Positions 13,319 through 25,209 of a stretch of 64,000 bases of DNA are shown here, in pieces. Within the stretch, counting starts at the first letter, position 1; each line of letters opens with the position of its first letter. Both the position numbers and the translations under genes were made by a program. The notes beneath the pieces were generated by a model that ran no database searches, was not told the origin of the DNA, and saw only the letters and a program-made list of their open reading frames with translations. This DNA is from Cycas panzhihuaensis (Eukaryota > Plantae > Cycadophyta). The stretch lies in assembly GCA_023213395.1 (NCBI GenBank), contig CM041465.1:57295741-57359740 (forward strand), given 5' to 3'.

Positions 13319-13889
13319 GTCTCAGACATAGTTTATAGAAGATGAGGTGTGATAAGGTTTTTAAACATAGTTTACAAGGTGGCCATCATTGATCAAAGAT
13401 GGTCTCTAATATGCAAAAATAGAAAATATCATAATTGCCAAATTTATATGAAAAGATTTTTAAAATTTTGGCATTAAAACTTTAGATTTTGCAATGCCTA
13501 CTTTTAAAATGGTATTGAGTAGAACAAATCTAGAAATGCTTGAAGGGGTGAGGAAGACACTTAGTCTTTTTTTCCTCTCTACTTCCCTTGGTGATGTTAC
13601 CTTTAGGTCCCCATTATACCCAAATAGGGGCTTATAAGGTGACTGGAAAGATCACAGGAGGGTGTGGAGAATAACGTCACACAAGAGCATAGAGGTTATC
13701 CTAGCAATTATTTACTTTTCCAAATAACATGATGTCATTGCTTCTTCCCTATGTTGTACCAATATGTGTTGCTACTTTAAATGCCATGAAACAACAATAA
13801 ATAATGCTCCTAATATTGATGGTCATCTAGAAGAGTTTATAGCTGAGTTGAGATGTCGTGCTCCATTTTATTAGCTACAAAACAACAAA

Positions 13890-14520
13890 TCAATTGTCCC
13901 AAGGTTCACCATTTATTTCCTAGACACACATATGTGTCAATTGGTTATTGGTTGACTCTCCTTCACGTTGGCTTGGTGGATTTATGATTTGAATCTTGTA
14001 AGTTGGTGTTCCATTCTACCATGAAGCATTAACAATCCATAAACAATATTGACACATTCATGCACAATGTCATATCATTAAATAATGATCAGAATCAAGT
14101 ACAAAAGGGGCTACCTTGCTTGGAAATTATTGTACTCAACTCTTAAACCAAACTAGTTGTGAGTACGCTATATTTAAACCCCAATCAAATGCCTTTCAAC
14201 TAAAAGACACATGTTTACATTATGATTTATGATGTTTTATAACACAGTTATATAGTTCACAATCATGAATGACAACATTTCATGTATGGGACAAGATGAT
14301 AGATTTTGTTATAATTATTAAAATCTAACTATTATGTTTTAAAACTATTGATGACATTTCACTTGATGTTTCGATTGCATGTACAATTTCGAGAATGGTT
14401 AGTGCCATTCCTAACTAAGTCATTCTTTTGACTGTCATTTCCTATTGGTAATGCCATTTCATAGTGTTGTTCTTGTCATTACTCAAGGCCATTTATCATA
14501 TGTTACCATATATGTTATTC
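13890..14520 (-). pseudogene. Remnant of an unidentified ORF downstream of the D integrase
   Basis: Homologous to 48420-49043 plus 54729-54780; shared translation ELYNCVxKxxKS...GLNxAxSxxxW...KxAPxVL. Confidence 0.45.
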
Positions 14521-14869
14521 CTTGGTTTTGTTCCTACCATTCCTTGATATTGTTCCCTATTTATTACTATTGCTCCCTTTGTTTAAATTCTTCCCAAGTG
14601 TTGTTCTCATGTGATAAAGTTGTTCTCAAAGGAGTTTTCCCTTAGTTTCCATCTTCTTAGTGCCATTTGAACCATATGCTTCTGTCCTGACGCTTCCTTA
14701 GGTTGTGGAAGCTTCCCTATCCTAACAATGGTAGGATTTTAGCCTGTTGCCATTAATTGTTTTCTACAGTACTTGGTTTGCCAACTCTCTTAATTAAACA
14801 TAATCATTTTTATAAATTTATTCCATCACATATGGTCACGATCATCTCATTCTCAAGTTGTCAATGTGT

Positions 14870-15420
14870 GTTTTAAACTCACTATCATATTAAGAGCGAT
14901 TGATCGTCTTTGTTGAATTGTGGTGCCCTTATATGACAATTGTACCATAGCTTTTGATGATTCTTCACAATGTTCTACATCCATGTGCCCATGTTTTTCA
15001 TTTCCTTGAGATGAACCAATTAGAGAAGGCATTCTCGCAATGACTCCTTATCTTTTAAGTAACATGTCGATGCAATTCTCATGTTAGGGATCTCAAACTC
15101 CTAAGGGAAGGTCACCTCCATTCCATATACCAAGTGAAATGGTGTTTGATATGCAATTCTCTTATAGATTGTTTGGAAGGGCCAAGTATTTATAGCAAAT
15201 TTTTAGCCTAATTTGCTTGGTTGATATCACAAATCTTCCATAAATTAACCTTGTCGCTTGCTTGTGCATAATAAGAAGTTGACTTCCAATGATTGATCAT
15301 AAGCAGTGTAGTAGATTCTTCAATCACCTTATTAAGGAGACATCCTCCTTAGTCATGGATTGGTTGTAATGGACAAAAAACTCTTGTAGTAATTGTTTCA
15401 TATAGGAATTAAGTTGTTCT
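14870..15420 (-). pseudogene. pol: Integrase core and C-terminal part of D
   Basis: Manual translation FLYETITTR...STSYYAQA...TPFHLVYGME. Confidence 0.75.
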
Positions 15421-15751
15421 TGTTGAAATGTGCATTAAGGGAGGATGTTGGAACAATGATGTATTATGCACAGTTGACTAGGTAATGCACATTTGACCAA
15501 GTAAACCACAACGTGGTGGGTCCCTCTCAAATGTAAGTTTGTAGCATATAAAGACATCATCATGCTAACATTTGAAGAATATATGATACCACATCATGTG
15601 AGACCATTTTGTATTATTATTTTATTATTCTGTCAATACAATGAAGGTATCATTTGATACCAGTTATGATTGAGGCATTTTCCTATGGTGTTTTATCATG
15701 TTTATTTAGTTATTCCAATTAATATTATGTTAGAGCATGCAGGTTCCTACA
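15421..15751 (+). repeat. 5' LTR of C
   Basis: TGTTGAAATG...CCTACA aligns with 18380-18705. Confidence 0.92.
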
Positions 15752-17360
15752 TGGTATCAGGGCAGGTTAGCATGATTGATCCTTTGGAGTAGATTAAAGT
15801 AGCAAAATTGAAAAGCCAAAGTCTGCCTACATGGATGGAGATAAGCAACCATGAAAGGTGGAGGCGTTTGTTAGGAAAATTCACTGAAGCTACCCATGCC
15901 ACGATTGAATGAAACCCTGAAAGGAAAAAGGACGCACTAGCTAAGTTTAGCCAGAAGAGAGGAGTCATAGACTCGGCCGTGGAGCTATCCCATGAGGAGC
16001 ACAAGCAACTGAAATCTTGCATAGTGAGATCTGTCCACAATTATGTATGAAGAGAGGTATCTCTTAGGATCTAAGAGAGGCACATCCACTAATAAGAGGG
16101 TGCATCTTTAGATGCAGTTATGGGGAACAACCATTGAAAGAGAAAAATTGTCGTGGAGAAGAGGTTGCTACTCTACATGAAGAACACTTGTGTGGAATGA
16201 AGAACAAACGTTTGCGAGTCATGCTCGTTGAAGCAATTGCCAAAATTATGATTGAGCCTATGGCATTGTACTCTTCATCACTGATTCATAAGCCATAGTT
16301 ATATTGATGTCGTGAGGTTGTGCATTGTTTGTGAAGTTCATCCTCTACTGGAAGTGAGGAATTGTGCCATTGTCATGATTATTCTGAGCTTGCCTATCAT
16401 CCATTTGTGAATATGACTTACACTCGGTGGAGATTTTCCCCGTGTGATCCTGTTCATTCACTGTGAAGACTACAAAGAGATAGATAGCCTGAAGTTGTTG
16501 TGCACCTCACATGAAAAGTTGATGTGCCCTATGCATTGCCTCTAGTCACCCCATTGCATTACATCCCCTGCATGGGGAGTCTTGCAATGAAGAAGAAACG
16601 ACCAGTGGAGAAATGCATATACAAGGAGGATTCAATGAAATGCATTCATCTTTGAGCAATTCGATTGATTTCAATCACACACAGTTCATGGATTTATGTG
16701 AAGAATGAGGGATTTTGATATTACAATAAAAAAAATTGTAAATGTTATATTAAATTTAATTGGATTGAATATTGATTTGAAGTTTGTAAGGCTCCAATGG
16801 GTTAAGTCATGGTCATATGGAGATTAGTATGTGACCTAGAGCTATTCATAAAAGGGGCTAAACCCTAACTCCAACCAAATTCATTTTTTTGATTTCATGA
16901 GAAGGTAATTATAATGTTTCTTTAATGAATTTGCATCTAGAAGTCCATTTTTGAATTATTTGAATCATTAGAATCATGATTCAAAGTAATTTATTGTGAA
17001 CTATGAATTGAGGTAATTTGATACCATCTTAATAGAGATATTTCAGTTTGAATTTGAAGCATTATTTTGAGTCCTATGAGAAAATTGTGAAGGTTTATCT
17101 TTTGCAACCAAGTTCTCTTTCTTTCTATCAATTTGTTGAACGTAGGGGAAGTCATGTTTAAACCTTAGAAGTATGTTGCAAAAGTAATTTTGTTCAAAAC
17201 CAATCATGTAAGTAATATGAGTCCTTTTAAGGACAAGGAGGCAGAAGGATATCCTAAAAGGACAGAAGATGAAGGATAAAATATTGAGTATGATGTGATT
17301 TGCTTGCTTATGTTCATGGTTGATCTTTGCACTTGCTATAATTGATCTCAATTAGCAAAG

Positions 17361-18092
17361 ATGGGTTTGGTTGTATAAATTGAGGAGAATTGCTTAGAAT
17401 GGTCAAGGGAATTAAGCTATGTTTTTATTTCTTTTAAGTGGTGGGATATTGTTTATGAAAGATATACAAATCCAACACTAGAACTTCAAAAGAAAGATGC
17501 CAATGCACTTTGTTGGATTCATTGCACTATGGCAAGTGATATATACAACTATGTGTGTGATATTGCTAAAGAACCCATGTGTAGATTGTACAAAACATGG
17601 AATATTTTGAAAGCAAAGTTTAATTCAAAGCTGAAGAAAAAAATACTTTCAAACATATTTCAGAAATGTTATAAGATGTACATTTTCTAACATATTACAG
17701 GAATATACATGCAGATGTTTATATAGATATTCAAGATGATAAGGATACAATGAATAAGCTTATGAAACTGACATATGAAATTCATGAAGAAAGTATGGAT
17801 TGATGAAGCTACTTCTGAATGTGGAAAAACTACTTCTGAATATACCACTACTAAATGTGTCATTAATGAGATAATTGATGAGACTACTACTACTATTGAT
17901 AATGTTAACTATGATCTTGTCTTGAGTGTTGATTCAAATTTGAATTGTTCGAATGATGAGGGAGAATTGCAAAATGATGAAAGTATATGGATTACTAATG
18001 GGCCTGATCCAATTGAAGTTGAATTCAAAAAGGTTGAAATAGAAGTTCGTGAAATAGATATCTTGAGAAAGGTACTGCAAGAGCTACATTAA
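17361..18092 (+). pseudogene. gag: Copia gag N-terminal remnant plus acidic/coiled-coil ORF of C
   Basis: Manual translation WWDIVYERYTNP...KKDANALCWIHCTMASDIY...TWNILKAKF is typical Copia gag; ORF 17775-18092 is acidic. Confidence 0.7.
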
Positions 18093-18379
18093 AGTCAAAC
18101 AGAATCTACCATGATTTGTTGCAATATTCAAAATACTATACAGGTAATGAAGAATCAAGTTTTGTAAAAAAAATATGAAGTATATCAAGATCAAACATCG
18201 TTATTACATTCCAAAGTGAACACAAAGAAGAGAATTTACAGATTAAATTGAAGACCAAGCTCTATATATCTTTTTCAAGAAATTTATGAAGATTAGGTGT
18301 TGCAAATTCGTAAGCAATATCTAGTTTTCCAAATGCACATTAAAAGGGAGTGCTAGAATAAATATGTATTAAGGGGGAG

Positions 18380-18705
18380 TGTTGAAATGTACATTAAGGA
18401 GGATGTTGGAATAATAATGTATTAAACACAATTGACTAGGTAATGCACATTTGACCAAGCAAACCACAAAGTGGTGGGTCCCTGTCAAATGTAAGTTTGT
18501 AATATATAAAGATATCATCATGCTAGCATTTGAAGAATATATAATATCACGTCATTTGAGATCATTTTGTATTATTATTTTATTCTATCAATACAATGAA
18601 GGTATCATTTGATACCATTTATGATTGAGGTATTTTTCTATGGTGTTTTGTCATGTTAAGTTAGTATTATGATTAATATTAAGTTAGAGCATGCAAGCTC
18701 GTACA
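18380..18705 (+). repeat. 3' LTR of C
   Basis: TGTTGAAATG...CGTACA, following the PPT. Confidence 0.92.
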
Positions 18706-19806
18706 ATTTTTTGAACAACTTGATGTAATGGTTTTTCTTCCGCATATTTTATCATATAATCCATTGTCATAGATATATATTGTACTTGGGAGTGAGGCTT
18801 GGCTAAATGAATAGGTCACATAAAGTCTAATCCCCATTTTTTGAATAATGCTTTTGGTAGAATGGGATTTAATGACCAAAAATTTTATCAACTGGGTTTC
18901 CTTATCCTCTAGTAATAATCAAATTCTATAAAGAGTAGGCCATCATAGGTTTGCATTTAGAATTTTACAAGTTGTAGCATTTTTACTACTATGGCCATTA
19001 ATTATATCATCAGGAGTTTGGGATATGATAATATAACCTCATGTAGGACCTTACATTACCTCAATATATCATCATTACTAAAACTATATAGCTCTCTTAG
19101 AATCTATTGGTATGAGATTGCCTTTTAAGCCAAATGTCGTTTCTCTACCATGTTTAACCCTAGTAACATTTCTCCAATTGACAAATATACTATAATATTT
19201 TCATACCACTATGGGGATACCCCTTCTACTTTAAATTATTGGCCATTTAAAAAATTATCATGCACACTTATGGATTTTTCTCCATTTTTCTATCTTAGAT
19301 AGTTGGTCTAGCACGATATGGGCTTCCTCTTGTTTGATGACTATCTTGAATATAAATTCTTGGAATAATATTAGCCATTGACTAATTTTGCTATGCATTA
19401 AAGGCTTATTCAGTAGGTACATTAACACTTGATGGTCAATAGAAAATATAAATGGATTGGACAATAGATGATGCCAAAACTTTTGAAGCATGTAAACCAT
19501 TTCCAAAGCTTCTTTCTTTATTATAATATAATTATATTCCACTCTAGCTATGAGCTTATTATTAGCAAATAAGATTGGATGGGCAATGCTTTTGTCTCCA
19601 TATTGAACTAGTACAGATTCAATTACAAATTAGGAGGTATCATCATAAACATAAATTATTTTATTCTAATATGAAGAGCAAAGAATGGCAGTGGTGGTTA
19701 TAGCATGTTTTAACACTTCAAATGCTTTAAACTTTCTATGGCAACTCCCCCCAATGGTCTAGAAATATATATGTATCCATTGATAAATTGTCAATACTAT
19801 CTAATC
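18706..19806 (-). pseudogene. pol: RNase H and integrase N-terminus of D
   Basis: ORF 19258-19542 (KEALEMVYMLQKFWHHLL...DHQVL) and GHSSKNATTCKILNANL*WPTLY. Confidence 0.85.
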
Positions 19807-21829
19807 TATTGGAAGGTTGAATTTTACGAATATCGATGTAATATTTAGTTAGTGGTCAAGTAGTTAGTAGTCGATGTGAAAGGTTCTCACACATGAGTTG
19901 ATTGGTTGATGTATCAAGATGATATGATTAGTTGATATATAAGATAATAGATCTATAAATATGTGCACGCATCATTTAAGCATTCGAGATGAGATGTGAT
20001 GAGCTAATGAAAAAGAGTTAAGCTCCACTTTTTTCCTATAATTTTTCTTATCTTAAGGTTTTTCACGTATAAATCAAGTGTCTCATAATGATATTTTTCT
20101 TGTATGTTGTCATGCTATATTGATGTATACATATCTACATTATTATATTTTATATTTATCATAAATGTTGCATGAATATTTCATATTTTATATATTGTTT
20201 ATTATAATTTATTAATGAATGTTTCACGTTTCTCTTACTTCATTACATAAAATATTATATTGTGTGATAAATTTAACATGGTATCTTATCTTCTACACAA
20301 GTCATTTCGTAAAATTTTAACATGGTACTAGAGAAAAGATAGAGAACAAGGCAAAGAAATCCTGATAAGATGTCATATTAGAGTTGTATAGTGAAACTAA
20401 GAAGCAGGATGAAACAAGTGGACAAAGCAGGTTGAAGACCACATAAACATGATGTCAATTTTTGCCATATAAAGATGGTTTATGCATACATTATGTAAGT
20501 CAGTATTGAGCTAGTCTGAGTTAGTATCAAGAGTTAATTTGATGAGTTAAAAACTAGATTATGTCGATGATGTGACTGAGATTATTAATGCATGATAAAG
20601 ACGATTTGATAAAAATATAACACAAAAGTGAAGATGGAATCTCCTTGTTGGTAAGCAATTATTATTATAAAATTTGTAGACATATTTTGTGCATGTGCAT
20701 GTATCATGAGCATGTAAGTTTCATTGAAAGTCCACAATTGACGATTAGATGAAGAAAATGAATGAACATTACATGTAGGACTTATCACTTTATAGAGAGC
20801 AATAAAATTATGGTATAATAGTGAAGTCATCTCTTATACCCTGTTTTATTTTATGTTTTTTTTTTGTGCACTATTGTTTGTGGACTTTCTTCAATTTGAT
20901 GGTATTTTTCTAACAAAATAATTTGTTGTTTAGAGATGATAAATATATATGAAAGGTTTAAGAAAATGAAGGCTTTTAAGTTTATGAGATTCCATGTATT
21001 TATTGGTAAGAGTTTGTGAGGCATAATTAAGATTTGAAGTAGGTAGAAGCAAATGAGGGTTTTATCAAAGATATGTGATTTTAGAGGTGCAAACAATTGA
21101 ATTTTTTAAAAATAACTATATATTTAAGAAGATTAGGTTTTTTTCATAAAATTTGAGTGGTTATACTATAAATTTTAGAGTAACAAAAGTTGTAATGGTT
21201 TCAATTTCGGTTTGTTATCCATCATTGTTTGTAGTGTAGAAAACATGCTACTATAACTTCAAATAGCCATAGTTTTTACAATATGTATCTAATTGACCTT
21301 TTTTCTTTTTTAAATATATACATCTTGAAGTCTACTTTCTACTGAAATTAGTTTTAATTCAATTAAATATTTAAAAAAGAAAAGTTATCGACATTTAGTA
21401 ATAGGTATTGTTACTATCTTCAATACATTTTTTATGACATGATGACACTAGTTTGAGTATAACTTCTTTATATGGGCTTAAATTTAAGTGCCATCTAAAC
21501 TATTGGAAAGAAGATTTAGAGTTAGACGAAATGAGTGGTGATAAGCCATAGTTTAAACATATTTTCTAGTGAAACATGATAAAAATAAATACATTAAGAT
21601 TTATTTTACATATATTAAGGTTCAAATTTAAACATTATAAAGCACATAAGAACTTATTGATAATGGATGAGAGAAAATATTGATAGATAAGAGAAGAAAG
21701 ACATACTTATATGGTGGGCATAATATTATCAATTTTCTCAAATGAATGAAAATATTTGATGTAGTGAATTGACCAGCATTAATCAAATAAAAGAACATAT
21801 TTGATTTAAGTTGATGAATAATCACATAG
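19807..21829 (+). mobile_element. F1: LTR (19807-~20278), duplicated PBS and non-coding internal region; no 3' LTR
   Basis: Flanked by TAATC on both sides; removal restores the D RT frame FLGLI-R*Y*QFING; the LTR resembles 47690-48169 (-) and 54784-55290 (+). Confidence 0.65.
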
Positions 21830-22750
21830 TAATCAACCCTAAGAATTCTTTTAACTACTTATAGGGAGAGTTGGGGAAATTTAGGATAACTACAACTTTT
21901 TTAGAGTTTATAAACATTGCTTCATTACTAACCATATGTCCTAATATATTCCCAAATTATATAAAGAAGGTATGTTCTTTTATAATTAGATATAACTTGT
22001 AGTGTCAATGGGCTTGCATCATTCCTCAAACATTATCCAAGTGATTTTTTAGAATCCCATATAGTGTTCAGTCATCCAAAAATATGACGATTTTATCCCC
22101 CATCATTTTTTTGAAAATATTCAATGTGATCATTTGAAAGGTGGTTGGGGCATTTGTTAGCCTAAATAACATCACTATATAGACATAGATACCCCATTAT
22201 GTTACAAAGTGGGTTTTACTCGATCTTCAAATGCGATGTTAACTTGATCATATCCATTGAATCCCTTTATAAAAAAGCATATCTTCCTTCCACCTACCAT
22301 TTTGTGATCTTCTGTAAAGGGAATAAGAAATGAATTCTTCTTAGTTACCCTATTCAGTGCTTTATAATTCATACATTTTCAAATTCTCATATTCATCATT
22401 AGTATTATGACCATGGGGCTAACACATTCATTGTAGTCAATCTCATAAATAGAACATACTTCGTATTTTGTCCAATTTAGCTTTCACATTTTCTTTGAAC
22501 CTTAAATTCATATGATATGGATGTTAACTAGTTTTGCCTCCTTTATTAGGTCTATTTTATACACTTTGGTTTTTTATAGAATTCCTTTCATATCCTTATA
22601 TAACCAAGCAACTACATCGTAGTATTCCTCAAATATGGTCTACACTTTGGGCAAATGATTGAGCATCCCAATAATTCTCAATGGTTATATTCTTGGGGTT
22701 ACCATTATCCCTAATGTTAAGTTGCTTAGTTTTAAGCCCCTCAAATTTTA
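21830..22750 (-). pseudogene. pol: Reverse transcriptase of D
   Basis: Manual translation CMNYKALNRVTKKNSFLIPFT and GHMVSNEAMFINSKKV. Confidence 0.85.
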
Positions 22751-22929
22751 CTTACTTCCCCTTATTTATCTAATAGCCAGGGATATCAATTGTATCTTTA
22801 TTTTCATAATTAAGTCCTATATATGTTGGTGGAAATTTGTTTTCTTCTTCTTATAAGTTCATACTTCCCTCTATAATTAACAATTATGACACTAACAAGC
22901 CCCCTGTCTGATACTCTGTTTCCTTATCT

Positions 22930-23190
22930 TACCTCATACCTCCTAATATTCTTATCCTCGAAGGTGTAAGAAATTGTAGTAATGAAAGCTCTTCGTAATA
23001 CATCCCATTCTATACTCTAGGTTTTTTTAAAATTTCTTAGTAACCACTCTTTGCCTTTTAATCATAATATGTGATAGAAAAGATGACTCTAATCTTGTTT
23101 CTTAATTTTTTAAAACTTTCCTAATAATATATACATAAATATATATGCCTTTGAGGATATTTTCTAATGAAACATAGTGGTATGTTCCTT
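22930..23190 (-). pseudogene. Second gag/capsid-like segment between protease and RT of D
   Basis: Manual translation across one frameshift: YPQRHIYLCIYY*ES...D*SHLFYHIL*LKGKEWL...SIEWDVLRRAFITT, matching the Retrotrans_gag pattern. Confidence 0.55.
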
Positions 23191-24856
23191 GAGCATTGTT
23201 CATTAAACCTCTAGCAAAATACACATTGCAAATATTATTGTAATACTATATCTTATAGGGTTGTAGTAAAATCTATTACCCATGGACTCTTATGACTAAC
23301 CTTGTACTTAATCTAATGCGTCATATATATTCTGAGGTTACTTGTGGTTGGAAAATTAGTTTATATGAAATTACAGACTATATACATAATATAGTTGATT
23401 TATTATTACAACTAGGGTTTGATATACTAGGATTCAATATGATAGGGTTTTAAGGTTTTCTTTATACTTCATTTGAGTATTCTACATCATCTTTATTAAC
23501 TCATTTATGCTTAACATATCTTCATAAATAGATTTATCTCTTACGCTATCATCAACACTAAAGGCTTGATTTACATGTACAAATGATTCACTATCACTAT
23601 TATTACTATCATATTCACTATTGCCACTATCTATAGTGATATAATAATTAATATTATTTTTATTATTACTGTGAGTGTCAACATTATCTATAATAGACAT
23701 ATATGCAATCAAACGAGGGCTTGTTTACCAAATATAGGAATTTGTCTCTCCTCCTTTTGAGTGTAAATTAAGTTACAACACCCTAAAGTATTTAGGGTCT
23801 TGCTCATATGAATTACTTATATTCATTACCTCTTTAACGCATCGAAAGGATGCTTTGTTAGAGGAACTTGTTGTGTGTTTTCCTATAATAATTATACAGG
23901 ATCCTTCATCTAGATTTTTCTTTTAACTTGTGATTGGGAATGAGATAATTCTCCCCTTATGTATTAATGAATGTGTACATTTTAAGTCTACGAACAGATT
24001 ATATTTATAACCATGGTCTCCTTAACAACACAAGATACAATGGCTTGCCTTTTATAATCTCAATTATAACAAACTCCATGCTTACTCCTAAGTTAGCTAT
24101 ATTGACCTTTAAGTTGGGTAATACACTTAAGGGTTAGCTTTTTAATTGATTCGTTAATTTAATGGAGTAGGTAGTGATAATCATCTATAAGCAACCTATC
24201 TCCCTTAGGCATATTCAAGCAAGATGTTTACCATCAATCCCTCATTTAAGGTCATAGGTTTATTTATTTCTCCTAATGTTGTTATTATCTAATAATGATA
24301 TAAGGGAATTAACATTTTGGACTTCACTATCAAAGTTTCATAACCAAAAGGCCCTTAGTTCAAGCCACACGATTACTTTTGTTAGAAGAATCATGAGTTC
24401 TAATTTCTCAACTAGCTGCTTTAATAACTTAGGGGTTAAGAATTGAATTATCATATGTAATGCAACAAACATATTTGCTTGATACTCCAGCTTTATTAGT
24501 ATGTCTCCCTATTATGGCTTTTTAAGAGTCTTTTTCGAGTTACTTTTAGGGGATGTCCTTTTATAAACTTGCTTGATCCCTAGCTTAGGTATGATTGACC
24601 AATTGGACTCTACTTCTTTGGATGCTTCCTATAATGCATTTTTTTATTGTAATTTGACTTTAGGATTTAGATAGCCTTTCTTTTATTTCAATTTTGACTT
24701 TATGATTTAGATAATCTAACTCTTATTCTATGGCTTTCCCCTTTGGCTTACTATATACATGTAAATTCACTACTCTTAAACCTAGTTTATCTGGCATCGT
24801 CATCATCAAGTTACTACTCTTAATATTAATGTTAGATATGTTGAATACTTTGCAAG

Positions 24857-25205
24857 TGTTATATGGGTATAGGCATTACACCCGAGTCCCTTTGTAGGGT
24901 CCAGGGTTATGGGGGTCTTTGTCAGCCCGTGGTTTATGTCCATTATATTGTAAAACCGCAAGGCAGTATCTTGTAATGTTATGTCTATATATTCTTATAT
25001 AATGGAAAATGTAACATAGAGTGTGGATGAGTCTTTGATGAGTCGATGAGAATAGTTGGGGTTTATTCATATTTGTAATTATTTAGTTGTTACTTAGATT
25101 AACAAAAGGTCTATACTTAGACCTGAATCTCCTAATGCTCTTTATTGAGTGCTTGGTTTATTTACATTATTTGTTCATTGCATGGTTTAAAGTTTTGTTA
25201 TCACA
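24857..25205. mobile_element. Probable solo LTR in the gag-protease linker of D
   Basis: TGTTATA...TATCACA imperfect inverted ends; flanks CAAG/CTAG; removal with a 4-bp duplication restores the D frame VEL-AKYST. Confidence 0.5.
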
Positions 25206-25209
25206 CTAG

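Larger units (their letters stand above)
15421..18705 (+). mobile_element. Element C: 3.3-kb non-autonomous Copia-derived LTR element with only a gag remnant (TR-GAG-like)
   Basis: LTRs 15421-15751 and 18380-18705; PBS TGGTATCAGGGC 15752-15763 (tRNA-iMet); PPT AAGGGGGAG 18371-18379; degenerate TSD GTTCT/ATTTT; no pol. Confidence 0.9.

Noticed and set aside
16255-16310. YNYGL*ISDEEYNAI (minus strand), reminiscent of serine carboxypeptidase-like proteins
   Set aside because: Too short, with no flanking support.
24790-24810. Possible tRNA-Asp PBS for element D
   Set aside because: It lies in the gag-protease linker and is better read as a CpG-decayed VVTRRRR, equivalent to VVYTRR in B.
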